Shown here one piece after another: positions 34,776 to 45,704 of a stretch of 64,000 bases of DNA. A program made the translations under genes and the position numbers. The stretch is taken from NCBI GenBank assembly GCA_031396695.1, contig JANNLG010000171.1, positions 6,053-70,052 of the forward strand, read 5' to 3'. Source of the stretch: Deltaproteobacteria bacterium (GTDB lineage: Bacteria > Myxococcota_A > UBA9160 > SZUA-336). The notes beneath the pieces were generated by a model. The model was not told the origin of the DNA, did not search any database, and saw nothing but the letters and a program-made list of their open reading frames with translations. Numbering within the stretch: the first letter of the stretch is position 1; the number at the start of each line of letters is the position of its first letter.

Positions 34776-36028
34776 AACCCGGGCTCGGTCTGCAGATCGT
34801 CGGAGTGGAGCAGCTGCACGGGCACTCGCGCGCCGGCTTCGACGCGGGTCGTGTCCTCGGCCACGAAGGCGAGCCCGTCGGCGCGCACCATCGAGAGCAG
34901 GATGTTCGAGCCCTGCGCGCCGGTCTCGCGCGCGTGCAGCTCGCCTGCCCGGCGCTCGAGCGTGACGCGCACGAAGTGCGCGCGGCCCTTGGGCTTGTCG
35001 TAGGCCTCATCGAGCACGGCCGACTCCACCGCACGGTACACACGTGTGTGTCCCATCATGCGCAGCAGACACGGCCGCACGAACTGCTCGAAGGTGACCA
35101 GCGTCGAGACGGGATTCCCGGGCAGGCCGAACACGGGCCGCTCGCCGATCGTCACGAACGCGAGCGGCGCACCCGGCTTCATGCGGATGCGCCAGAGCCG
35201 CAGGTTTCCGCCCAGACCCGCGAGCACCTGCTTGATCCAGTCGCGGTCACCGACCGAGACGCCGCCGGTCGAGATCACCGCGTCGCAGGCGAGCGCCGCG
35301 CGGAACTGGGCTTCGATCGGGTCGGGCTCGTCGGGGGCGATGCCCAGGTACACGGGCTCGGCGCCGATCTCGCGCAGGCCCGCGCACAGCGCGTACGAGT
35401 TCGAGCTGGCGATGCGGCCGTCCGCGCGCAGGCGGTCGGGCTCGACCAGCTCGTCGCCGGTCGCGAGCACCGCCACGCGCGGCCGCGCGCGCACCGAGAC
35501 CTGCGTGCGTCCGAGCGCGGCGAGCATGCCGACCAACGGCGCGCGCAGGATGTCGCCGGGTGATGCGACCAACACCCCGGGGTGTACGTCCGAGCCCGCG
35601 CGACGGATGTGCTGGCCGAGCTTCGGCGCGCTGCGCACGCGCACCTGCTCGCCCTCGACCGCGGTGTCTTCGACCATCACCACCGCGTCGGCGCCGGCGG
35701 GAATCGCGGCGCCGGTCATGATCCGCGCCGCCTCGCCCGCCCCGATCGCGCGCTGGCTGCGCTTGCCCGCGGGCAGGTCGTCGACGACGCGCAGCAGCGA
35801 CGGCGCGCGGACGGCGTCGGCGGCGCGCAGCGCGTAGCCGTCCATCGCGGAGTTGTCCTCGGGCGGGATCAGCACTCCGGCGTGGATCTGCTCGGCCAGC
35901 ACGCGTCCGGTCGCGCGCTCCAGCCCGAGGGTCTCGCGCCCGAGCGCGGGGGCCGAGCCGAGGATCAACTCGCGCGCCTCCGCGACGCTCACCGTCGACC
36001 GCTCCGCCTCGCCCTTGGCCTCGCGCAT
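34772..36028 (-). CDS. moeA: Molybdopterin molybdenumtransferase.
   Basis: ATG at 36028 (MREAKGEAERSTVSVAEA...). ...NSAMDGYALRA...IMTGAAIPAGADAVVMVEDT...GDELV...ISTGGVSVGDRDW...GLPGNPVS are the MoeA motifs. There is a 4-bp overlap with mobA. Confidence 0.9.
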   Translation of the reverse strand: MREAKGEAERSTVSVAEARELILGSAPALGRETLGLERATGRVLAEQIHAGVLIPPEDNSAMDGYALRAADAVRAPSLLRVVDDLPAGKRSQRAIGAGEAARIMTGAAIPAGADAVVMVEDTAVEGEQVRVRSAPKLGQHIRRAGSDVHPGVLVASPGDILRAPLVGMLAALGRTQVSVRARPRVAVLATGDELVEPDRLRADGRIASSNSYALCAGLREIGAEPVYLGIAPDEPDPIEAQFRAALACDAVISTGGVSVGDRDWIKQVLAGLGGNLRLWRIRMKPGAPLAFVTIGERPVFGLPGNPVSTLVTFEQFVRPCLLRMMGHTRVYRAVESAVLDEAYDKPKGRAHFVRVTLERRAGELHARETGAQGSNILLSMVRADGLAFVAEDTTRVEAGARVPVQLLHSDDLQTEPGF

Positions 36029-36137
36029 CACCCCTCCGCGGGCTAGTCTGCCCAAAACTTAGGCAGATCGCCCTGCGATCGCCGCGGCGTGAGCATGCAC
36101 CGGTCGGCTCCGCCCTTGCATCTAGCTGGCGGGTCCG

Positions 36138-37219
36138 ATGAAAGAAACCCTCGAGCGCATCGACGACATCCTCGGATCGCTCCGCGTGGGGATCCTCGCG
36201 ATCGATGCGGACGGCCGGGTCGAGCTCGAGAACCCCGAGGCGAGCCGGATCCTGGGCCAGTCGATCGTGGCCGCGGTCGGCCGCCCGCTCCACCAGGTGC
36301 TCGGCCGCCAGCACCCCGCGAGCGCCCTGCTCGAGACCGCGCTGCGCGAAGGCCGGGCGGTTTCGGAGCACGGCTGCCTAGTGCCCGATCGGATGGGTGG
36401 CCGGCCGCTGGTGGTCGATCTGTCCGCGGCCCCGATCGGACGCGGCAGCGAGGTGCACGGCGCCGTGCTCTCGCTCAGCGACCGCACGATCGGCGTCGAG
36501 CTCGAGGACCTGCTCGGCCAGCGCGCGCGCTCCGAGCTGTTCGCGCAGCTCGCGGCCGGCATCGCGCACGAGCTGCGCAACCCGCTGTCCGGCATTCGCG
36601 GCGCGGCCGACCTGCTGCTGGGCAAGCTCCCCGAGTCGAGCCTCGCGCGCTACCCCGAGCTGATCCGCGCGGAAGTCGATCGCATGCGTCGGCTGCTCGA
36701 CGACCTGGCCGAGCTCACACGCGGCGGCGACCTGCGCCCGCGCCGCGCCAACCTGCACCGCGTGATCGACGACGTGGTCGAGCTGCACAGCCACTCCGAG
36801 ACGTGGCAGGGCATCAAGATCGAACGCAGCTACGACCCGAGCATTCCCGAGTTCGAGTTCGACCCCGACCGCACCACGCAAGTGCTGTTGAACCTGATGC
36901 GCAACGCGGTGCAAGCGATGGCGGGCAGCGGCACGCTCACGCTGCGCACGCGCATCGAGTCGGCGTACCACTTCGAACACGTCGGGCCCGAGCGCGCACG
37001 GCTCGTGCGCATCGACATCCAGGACACCGGCCCCGGCATTCCCGACGAGGACCTGCCGCTCCTGTTCACGCCGTTCTTCACGCGCCGCAGCTCCGGCACC
37101 GGGCTCGGTCTGGCCGTCGCTCAAGCCTGGACCGTGAAGCAGGGCGGGCGGATCCTGGTGCGCAGCCGCGCCGGAGAAGGAACACGCATGCGTGTAGAGC
37201 TGCCCCTCCGGAAGCCGAC

Positions 37220-37223
<4 letters not shown>
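36138..37223 (+). CDS. Sensor histidine kinase (PAS + HisKA + HATPase_c, NtrB-like, apparently cytoplasmic).
   Basis: H-box ...AAGIAHELRNPLSGIRGAADLL..., N-box LLNLMRNAVQAM, and G-boxes DTGPGIPDEDL and SSGTGLGLAVAQ. Confidence 0.85.
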
Positions 37224-38685
<1,462 letters not shown>

Positions 38686-38689
<4 letters not shown>

Positions 38690-39342
38690 CGGTTGCCGGG
38701 CTCGAGCGCGTGCAGGGTGTGTACGCGCTCGTGGACGACGACCCGCGCTGGCGCAACCATCCGCGCGCGCAGCTCGCGGGCGCGCTCGCGGGCGGCTCGA
38801 CCGTGATCCAGCTTCGGCTCAAGCACCAAGGCGACGGCGCGACGCTCGCACTCGCGCGCGAGGCGGTCGTCCACACGCGCGCGGCTGGCGCGCTGCTGTT
38901 CGTGAACGACCGTTTCGATCTGGCGCTGCTGGCGGGCGCGGACGGCGTGCACCTGGGGCAGGACGACCTCGCGCCGGAGGGGATCCCGGCCGACGCGCGC
39001 GCGCGGCTCCTGGTCGGGCTCTCGACCCACACGCTCGAGCAGGTGCGCGCGAGCCGCGCCAGGCCTGTCGACTACGTCGCGTTCGGGCCGGTCTACGGCA
39101 CGCGCTCGAAGGCATCGGAGTTCTCGCCGCGCGGGCTCGCGCTTCTGTGCGAGGCCGTCGCGCTGGCCGAGCGGCCGCTGGTCGCGATCGGCGGAATCAC
39201 GGCCGAAAACGCCGCGGACGTCCGCGCTGCGGGCGCCGTCGCGATCGCCGTGATCTCGGCCATCGCCGACGCGAGCGACCCGGCCGAGGCGACGCGTTAC
39301 CTTCGGGCGCGCTTTCTGGCCTCGCCCCCCGGGAGAAACTAG
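38686..39342 (+). CDS. thiE: Thiamine-phosphate synthase.
   Basis: GTG start overlaps the regulator stop (GTGA). ...VIQLRLKH...LLFVNDRFDLALLAGADGVHLGQDDL...GLSTH...DYVAFGPVYGTRSK...LVAIGGI... are the ThiE motifs. Confidence 0.85.
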
Positions 39343-39346
39343 CTCG

Positions 39347-40591
39347 TTGGAACGCGCGATGGGTCTCGTCGGGGTCGTCTGCCTGCTCGCGATTGCGTTC
39401 GCGCTGTCGACCAATCGCAAAGCGGTGCAGTGGCGGCCGATCGGCGTCGCGCTCCTGATCCAGCTCGCGATCGCGCTGGCGGTGCTGCGCACGCCGTTCG
39501 GAGCGAGCTTCTTCGCGCTGGTCAACGACGGCGCGGCGGCGTTCATCGGCGCGGCCAACGTCGGCATCGATTTCGTGTTCGGCGCCTGGCCCGAGACCGT
39601 GCTCGGCCCCGACGGACAGGCGCTGCGGCTGCCCTACGTGTTCGCGATCCGCGTGCTGCCGATCCTCGTGTTCATGAGCAGCGTGTTCGCGGTGCTGCAG
39701 CACTTCGGAATCTTGCAGCGCGTGGTCGAAGTACTCGCGCGCGGACTGCGCCGCACGCTGCGCACCAGCGGCGCGGAGTCGCTCGCGGCGATCGCGGAGG
39801 TCTTTCTCGGCATGACCGAGGCGCCGCTGATGATCCGGCCCTACGTGGCCGGGCTCACGCGCAGCGAGCTGTTCTGCGTGATGACGGCCGGGCTTGCGAC
39901 CGTCGCGGGCACCGTGCTGGTCGCGTACATGGGCATGATCGGGCCCGAGTACGCGGGCCATCTGGTGGCCGCGAGCTTCATGGCCGCACCGGCCGCGATT
40001 GCGATCGCGAAACTGATGGTGCCCGAGGAAGGGGTGCCGCAGACGCGCGCGCTCGCGCACGTCGCGCTGCCGCGCACCACCGTGAACGCGATCGACGCGG
40101 CGGCGAGCGGCGCCGCCGACGGCGTGCGACTCGCGCTCAACATCGGCGGCATGCTGGTCGCGTTCGTGGCGCTCGTGCACGTGGCCAACGCGCTGCTCGG
40201 CTGGGCGGGCGGGCTGGTCGGCGTTTCGGAGCTCTCGTTCGAGCGCATCCTCGGCACGTTGCTCGCACCGCTCGCCTTCGTGCTGGGCGTGCCCTGGCAT
40301 GACGCCGCCAAGATCGGCGAGCTGTTGGGCGTGAAGACGGTCCTGAACGAATTCATCGCGTACCAGCTGCTGGCCGAGGCGAAGCCCGGGCTCGACCCTC
40401 GCTCGATCGTGAGCGCGAGCTACGCCCTGTGCGGCTTCGCGAACTTGGGCTCGCTCGCGATCCAGATCGGCGGGCTCGGCGGCATCGCGCCCGAGCGCCG
40501 CGGCGACGTGGCGCGCGACGCCATGCGCGCGCTGGTCGCGGGTTCGCTCGCGAGCTTCATGACCGCGGCGATCGCGGGCATGGTCTACTGA
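39347..40591 (+). CDS. nupC: NupC/NupG-family concentrative nucleoside transporter.
   Basis: Multi-TM with CNT-family motifs (...AEVFLGMTEAPLMIRPY...GLATVAGTVLVAYMGM...GFANLGSLAIQIGGLGGIAPERR...). The start is TTG 39347 or ATG 39359. Confidence 0.85.
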   Translation: MERAMGLVGVVCLLAIAFALSTNRKAVQWRPIGVALLIQLAIALAVLRTPFGASFFALVNDGAAAFIGAANVGIDFVFGAWPETVLGPDGQALRLPYVFAIRVLPILVFMSSVFAVLQHFGILQRVVEVLARGLRRTLRTSGAESLAAIAEVFLGMTEAPLMIRPYVAGLTRSELFCVMTAGLATVAGTVLVAYMGMIGPEYAGHLVAASFMAAPAAIAIAKLMVPEEGVPQTRALAHVALPRTTVNAIDAAASGAADGVRLALNIGGMLVAFVALVHVANALLGWAGGLVGVSELSFERILGTLLAPLAFVLGVPWHDAAKIGELLGVKTVLNEFIAYQLLAEAKPGLDPRSIVSASYALCGFANLGSLAIQIGGLGGIAPERRGDVARDAMRALVAGSLASFMTAAIAGMVY

Positions 40592-41478
40592 GGCGTCGGC
40601 GGCGCGGGCTCGGACGCGACCGGCAGGAAGAGCGACACCCTCGCACCGCCGTCCGGGTTGTTCGCCCGCCGCAGCGATCCGCCGCTCGCGCGCGCGATAC
40701 GCTCCGCGGTGTAGAGGCCGAGGCCGAGCGACCCGCGCTTGCTGCTCTCGAACACCTCGATCGGCTGGCCGAGCTGGGTCTGCGTGAAGCCAGGGCCGTC
40801 GTCGCTGATCTCCACCGCAACGACGTCGACCTCTTCGCTGATGCCGACGCGCACGTCGACCCGCCTCGCGCGTGTCAGACCATCTCCCGCGCAGCCGTTC
40901 TCGAGCACCGCGACGAGCGCGCGATCCAGGCCCGTCCGTCCGGCGGAAACGGCCACGCGCGCCACGACGACGTCGCTCGGGGGCGCGTGCACGACCAACG
41001 TCGTGCGCTTGTGACGCCTGCGGACGTGCGTCGCGCTCGCCTGCAAGACCTCGAGCAGGTCGACCGGCTTGATCAGCGGCGAGCGCGGAGGCGTCGTCGT
41101 CTCCGGGCGCCGGCCGCTGTCGATCACGGCCTTCAGCTGACGGAGCGCGTCGACCATGCCGTTCGCCGCCGCTCCGAGATCCGCGAGCGCCGCCGGCGAC
41201 GCGTCGAGCACGCGGCTCGAGTCGATGAAGAGCTGAGTGGAAAGGAGAGCCGTCGAGAGCACGTTGTTCACGTCGTGCGCGCGCTTGCGCAGATCGCGCA
41301 CCGTGGCCTCGAGGCTCTCGTCGCCGCGGATGCGGTTCTCCCAGACACAGGCTTCGAGCGCCGCGCGCAGCGCTTCCAGCTTCTCGCGCTCGCGCAGCGC
41401 CCGGAAGCGAAGCCAGAGCGCGAGTGCGGCCAGCGCCGCGAGCAACGCGAGTCCGCCGAACAGGGGAAGAACCTGCAA
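40585..41478 (-). CDS. Membrane-anchored sensor histidine kinase.
   Basis: N-terminal TM, H-box ...RKRAHDVNNVLSTALL..., and HATPase motifs (EISDDGPGF...GSLGLGLYTAERIARASGG). Confidence 0.75.
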   Translation of the reverse strand: MQVLPLFGGLALLAALAALALWLRFRALREREKLEALRAALEACVWENRIRGDESLEATVRDLRKRAHDVNNVLSTALLSTQLFIDSSRVLDASPAALADLGAAANGMVDALRQLKAVIDSGRRPETTTPPRSPLIKPVDLLEVLQASATHVRRRHKRTTLVVHAPPSDVVVARVAVSAGRTGLDRALVAVLENGCAGDGLTRARRVDVRVGISEEVDVVAVEISDDGPGFTQTQLGQPIEVFESSKRGSLGLGLYTAERIARASGGSLRRANNPDGGARVSLFLPVASEPAPPTPQ

Positions 41479-41482
41479 CGCC

Positions 41483-42073
41483 TCAGTTGCGCCCGCGGCG
41501 CTCTCCCCGGGCTTGCGCGAGCTCGATCAAGCGGACCGCCTGCTGCACCGCCTGCCGGCTCACACCGAGAATCCGCGCCGCGCCGCTGCGGCTGCCGTGT
41601 TTGCGGGCGAGCGCCTCGTCGACCATCACGCCGCGCACCTCGTCGAGCACCTGACGCATCGGTGTGTTGCCGACGTGCGCGGCGACCAACGGCCCGAGAT
41701 CCGGGCGATCGGCCAGCGCCTCGTCGACGGAGCGGGTGAGGTCCTCGAGCGAAATCGGCTTGGGCAGGTAGCGGCGCGCGCCCAGCCGCGCGAGCTCGAA
41801 CGCTTCTTCCGCGGAGGCCTGTCCGCTCATCGCGATCACGGCGGGCGCGGGGCGTTGCTTCACGGCGTGCTCGACGATCGGCCGCGCGGTCCCGTCCGGG
41901 AGCGCCACGTCCACGATTACCAGATCGGGGCTCTGCGCGAGGCACTCGAAGGCCTCGCGGACCGAGCCGGCTTCGAGCACTTCCGCGCCCCAAGCCCGCG
42001 CGGCGCGCGCGAGCGCCTGCCGTAGCGGCTTGTGGTCTTCGACGATCAGAACCCGACTCGGTTGGCTCTCCAT
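41483..42073 (-). CDS. Response regulator with a C-terminal Fis-type HTH (receiver + HTH_8; no AAA domain).
   Basis: ATG at 42073..42071 (MESQPSRVLIVEDHKPLRQALA...DLVIVDVALPDG...), and a C-terminal ...ALARKHGSRSGAARILGVSRQAVQQAV... Confidence 0.8.
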   Translation of the reverse strand: MESQPSRVLIVEDHKPLRQALARAARAWGAEVLEAGSVREAFECLAQSPDLVIVDVALPDGTARPIVEHAVKQRPAPAVIAMSGQASAEEAFELARLGARRYLPKPISLEDLTRSVDEALADRPDLGPLVAAHVGNTPMRQVLDEVRGVMVDEALARKHGSRSGAARILGVSRQAVQQAVRLIELAQARGERRGRN

Positions 42074-42307
42074 CGCGCTTCCGCTACTCCCGCGGCCACC
42101 GTACCACGCCTGAAGGATTCCGAGGCCCTGCAAGCACTCTTGCATTACGCGATTCGCGCCGACGCGCCATGATCACGCCAAGCGAGAAAGATCCCTTCCC
42201 TCTCGCAAATGAGCCTATGGCGGGCTAGCCCGCCGCGAGCGGCTCTTCGGGGGCGGCAGTGGCCCGAACGGCGCTACCGCCCCCGAGTCTCGTCCGGGCA
42301 TCGACGC

Positions 42308-44143
42308 TCAGGACATCAGCTCCGCGGTACCCGGCTGAGCCTCCGCGTAGCGGCGGTGCGTTGCGGTGTAGGTCTCGCGCCAGAAGGCGTCGATCTCGGC
42401 CGCGGACGGAAACGCCGCCGAGAAGCCGGGCTGCACCGGATCGAGCGCGAGCTCCGAGGCGCGGATGAAGTGCGCGAGCAGCGTGCGCGGGTCCTCGTCG
42501 CCGACCGCGATCCGGATCGTGGTGGGAGAGATGCCGGCGGCCGCGAGCGCATCCGCGGCGAGCTCCGAGTGGCTGGTGAGCGCCGGGCACAGCACCACCG
42601 TGTTGGTCTGACCCAGGCTCACCTGCAGCCCGAACGCCGGCTCGAGGCAGTCGAAGAAGCGCTTGAACGCCTCGATCCCGATCGGCGCCGCGCCGCCCGC
42701 CTCGCCCTCGAAGTCGATCGTGAACAGCGGCGCGGGCAGCCCCAGGTACAAGAGCCGCTCGCGCAGCGGGCCGTTCTCGTCGCCCGGCACGGCGTTGCAG
42801 CGCACGCGGATGCCCGGGTGGCGCGCGAGCACCTGCGCGAGCACGAGCGTCGCGATGCATTTCTGCAGCATGCGCAGCTCGAGCGTGCGCATGCCGTTGA
42901 TCACTTCGAAGGCCTTGTCCGCGTCTAGGAACGCGCCCTTCACGTAGTAGACGTTCCAGAACAGCGTGTCGCTCCAGTCGAACACGCGCAGCTTGCCGTC
43001 GGGGCCGGGCAACTCGAGCGACGAGCCCTTGGGAATGAACATGCGCTCGTTGCGCGCGATCGCGACGCCCGCCGTGGTGGTGCCAGTGCCCACCAGATCC
43101 TTCGTGTAGGAGTGGATCACGAAGTCGGGCCGTTCGCGTGGATCGTCGCGCCGCAGCACCGGATGCAGAAACGGCGTGCCGACCGTCGCGTCGCAAATCA
43201 CCTCGATGCCCGCGGCGTGCGCGACGCGACTTATGCCCGGCACGTCGAGCACGTAGCCGTGCGGGTTGCAGGGCGACTCCAGGTACACGTAGATGCGTCG
43301 GCCCTGCGCGATGCGGTCGCCGAACTCGTCCTGCACCGCGGCGAGCGCGGCGTCGAAGTCGGCCACGCCGGTGCCGTCGAAGAAGCGCACCGCGATGTCG
43401 AGGTTGCTGCGCTTGCCGTACCAGTCGTGCAGGAGCTGGTGCGCGCCCCCGTAGACGTTGCGGCTGGCCAACACGATGTCGCGGTAGCCGACCAGGTGCG
43501 CGAGCACGGCATCGATCGCGGCCATGCCGGAATTGAAGTTCCAGGCGAAGTACTCACCCGCGAGCGGTCCGCACTCGACGTCGACCACGTGGTTCGCCAG
43601 GCAGGTCGAGGTCGGGTTCATCAGCCGCGAATAGATCTCGTGCAGCAGCTCCTTGCCCTGGAAGGCGTCGTCGATCCACTCGGTGCAGGCGTACAGGTAG
43701 GTCGCGGTGCGCGTGATCACGGGCGTGGAGCTGAAGATCGCCGTCACGTTGTCGAAGATCGGGTAAGGCCCGCGCGCGGGACCGGCCGAGTGCTCGACCG
43801 CCAGCGACTGCCAGGTCTTGCGCATCGGGTTCTGCAGCGTGTCGAGCACCTTGGCGAGCTGGAAACACAGGAAGCGCTTGGCGTTGAAGAAGGCGATGCG
43901 ATCGCGCCGGTCGAGCCGCGCGAGCTGGCGCACCGTCTCTTCCCAGAGCCCGTGCATGGCCTGGTTCGCGCGGTAGACGTGGGTCGCGACTTCCGCGAGC
44001 TCACGCCCGAGCGGGCTCGCGGGGTCGAGCGAGAAGTGGCGCAGCTGCTCGTCGACCAGCGCCTCGACGCTGTTCGCGCGCGTGGTCTTGCGCAGCGGGC
44101 TCAGCTCGCGCGCGTGCTGCCGTTCGGAATCGAATCCGCTCAT
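42308..44143 (-). CDS. PLP-dependent transferase of the Cys/Met-metabolism (cystathionine gamma-synthase/lyase fold) family, with an about 200-aa N-terminal extension.
   Basis: ATG at 44143 (MSGFDSERQHAREL...). The 611-aa C-terminal part of the 1322-aa ORF has ...LESPCNPHGYVLD...VIHSYTKDLVGTGTTTAGV..., with the PLP-lysine in SYTK. Confidence 0.75.
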   Translation of the reverse strand: MSGFDSERQHARELSPLRKTTRANSVEALVDEQLRHFSLDPASPLGRELAEVATHVYRANQAMHGLWEETVRQLARLDRRDRIAFFNAKRFLCFQLAKVLDTLQNPMRKTWQSLAVEHSAGPARGPYPIFDNVTAIFSSTPVITRTATYLYACTEWIDDAFQGKELLHEIYSRLMNPTSTCLANHVVDVECGPLAGEYFAWNFNSGMAAIDAVLAHLVGYRDIVLASRNVYGGAHQLLHDWYGKRSNLDIAVRFFDGTGVADFDAALAAVQDEFGDRIAQGRRIYVYLESPCNPHGYVLDVPGISRVAHAAGIEVICDATVGTPFLHPVLRRDDPRERPDFVIHSYTKDLVGTGTTTAGVAIARNERMFIPKGSSLELPGPDGKLRVFDWSDTLFWNVYYVKGAFLDADKAFEVINGMRTLELRMLQKCIATLVLAQVLARHPGIRVRCNAVPGDENGPLRERLLYLGLPAPLFTIDFEGEAGGAAPIGIEAFKRFFDCLEPAFGLQVSLGQTNTVVLCPALTSHSELAADALAAAGISPTTIRIAVGDEDPRTLLAHFIRASELALDPVQPGFSAAFPSAAEIDAFWRETYTATHRRYAEAQPGTAELMS

Positions 44144-45057
44144 CGCTCCCCCCCGGCGGCCGAGTCTACCGACGCCTCGAGCAGCGCGCACACGGCGGCG
44201 TTGAGCGGTGTCGCAATTCCGTGTCGTGCGCCGATCCGGACGACCGCGCCGTTGCGCGCATCGCCCTCCAGGCGCCGGCCGGCGCGGCGATCGTAGAGCA
44301 TCGACGTGCCCGCCTTGCCCGGCACCGCGAGCAGACGCGCGACCAGCGCGTCGGGAAGCGCGTCGTCGAGCGTCGCGCCCTCCGCGCGGCCCACCGTCAG
44401 GCACTCCGCGATCAGTCCGCGCGCGAGCGCAGCCATCCCCGGCGCGTGCAACACCTCGTGCGGCCGGCCGGTCAGCGCGAGCAGCGGCCCGCTCGCGACG
44501 TTCAGGCACAGCTTGCGCCACGCGGCGCTGTTGAAGTCCGCGGTTACCTCGACCGCCACGCTCGTACCGGCGAACAGCGCGGCGAAGGCCTCGCCGGGTC
44601 GGCCGACCGGCACGCTCAAGCGCGCGGGCCCGCGCTGCGTGACGCGACCCGGCGCGCTGCGCTCCGCCGGACACTCGACCACCACGGGCAGGATCTCCGC
44701 CTCGCCCGCGTACGCCTGCACGCGCTCGCGGTGCTCGACGCCGTTCTGCAGCACCGCGAGCGTCGCGCCGGCGCGGCACAATGCGCGCAGCCAAGGCGCG
44801 GCGCCGGGCACGTCGTAGGCTTTGGTCGCGAGCAGGATCCAGTCCACGGGCGCGAAGCGCGCATTGGTGGCCGCGAAGCGCGTGGGATCGCGCTCGCAGT
44901 GAACGGGCAAGTCGAAGCGGCCGGCCGGGCTCTCGAGCACGAGCGACGCGAACGTCTCGCGCACGCACAGCACCAGCTCGTGCGCGCCGGACGCGGCGAG
45001 CGGCGCCGCCACCGCGCCCCCGATCGCACCGACTCCGATGACCGCGATCCGCGCCAC
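44140..45057 (-). CDS. panE: 2-dehydropantoate 2-reductase (ketopantoate reductase, ApbA/PanE family).
   Basis: MARIAVIGVGAIGGAVAAPLAASGHEL... Rossmann N-terminus and a KPR C-terminal domain (...KLCLNVASGPL...). There is a 4-bp overlap with the downstream PLP gene. Confidence 0.8.
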   Translation of the reverse strand: MARIAVIGVGAIGGAVAAPLAASGAHELVLCVRETFASLVLESPAGRFDLPVHCERDPTRFAATNARFAPVDWILLATKAYDVPGAAPWLRALCRAGATLAVLQNGVEHRERVQAYAGEAEILPVVVECPAERSAPGRVTQRGPARLSVPVGRPGEAFAALFAGTSVAVEVTADFNSAAWRKLCLNVASGPLLALTGRPHEVLHAPGMAALARGLIAECLTVGRAEGATLDDALPDALVARLLAVPGKAGTSMLYDRRAGRRLEGDARNGAVVRIGARHGIATPLNAAVCALLEASVDSAAGGER

Positions 45058-45066
45058 GCGCGCGCC

Positions 45067-45636
45067 TCAGCTTCGCGGCACGAGATCGAGATCCGCCTCG
45101 ATCTCGGCGCGCTTCGCGTCGCGCCAGGCGCGGAACTCGGGCCCGTCCCAGGCGCGCTGGTCGCCGAGCAGGTAGCTGCGCGCGTTGCGCTCGTACAGCC
45201 AGGCGTTCAAGCGGTTCTCGCGCGACGAGTCGCGCTCCGCGATCACCTTGGCGGGAATGCCCACGAGCACCACCCCGGGCGGAAACTCCTTGCCCTCGGG
45301 CACCAGTGCACCGCCGCCCACGATCGAGCCCTTCCCGATCACCGCGCCGTCCATGATCGTCGCACCGATCCCGATCAAGCAGTGGTCGCCGATGGTCGCG
45401 CCGTGGATGGTCGCGCGGTGCGTGATCGAGCAGAACTCGCCGATCCGCGTCGGCGCCTCGTAGCCCACGTGGATCATCGCGAAGTCCTGCAGGTTGGTGT
45501 ACCGGCCGATGCGCACCTCCTGCGCCTCCGCGCGGATCACCGCGTGCGGCCATAGCGATGCGTGCTCGGCGATCGTCACCCGGCCGTAGATCTGCACGCC
45601 CGGGGCGCGGAAGACGCTCTCGTGGATCGACTGCAT
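45067..45636 (-). CDS. Gamma-class carbonic anhydrase family protein (left-handed beta-helix, PaaY/YrdA-like).
   Basis: ATG at 45636 (MQSIHESVFRAPGVQIYGRVTIAEHASLWPHAVIRAE...IHVGYEAPTRIGEFCSITHRATIHGATIGDHCLIGIGATI...), hexapeptide repeats with a His triad. Confidence 0.8.
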   Translation of the reverse strand: MQSIHESVFRAPGVQIYGRVTIAEHASLWPHAVIRAEAQEVRIGRYTNLQDFAMIHVGYEAPTRIGEFCSITHRATIHGATIGDHCLIGIGATIMDGAVIGKGSIVGGGALVPEGKEFPPGVVLVGIPAKVIAERDSSRENRLNAWLYERNARSYLLGDQRAWDGPEFRAWRDAKRAEIEADLDLVPRS

Positions 45637-45704
45637 GGTCGCTCTCCCCCCGGGTGGGTCTAGCCTTGGCGAGGACGGCCGGCCAGCGATACGATGCCGG
45701 GCCC

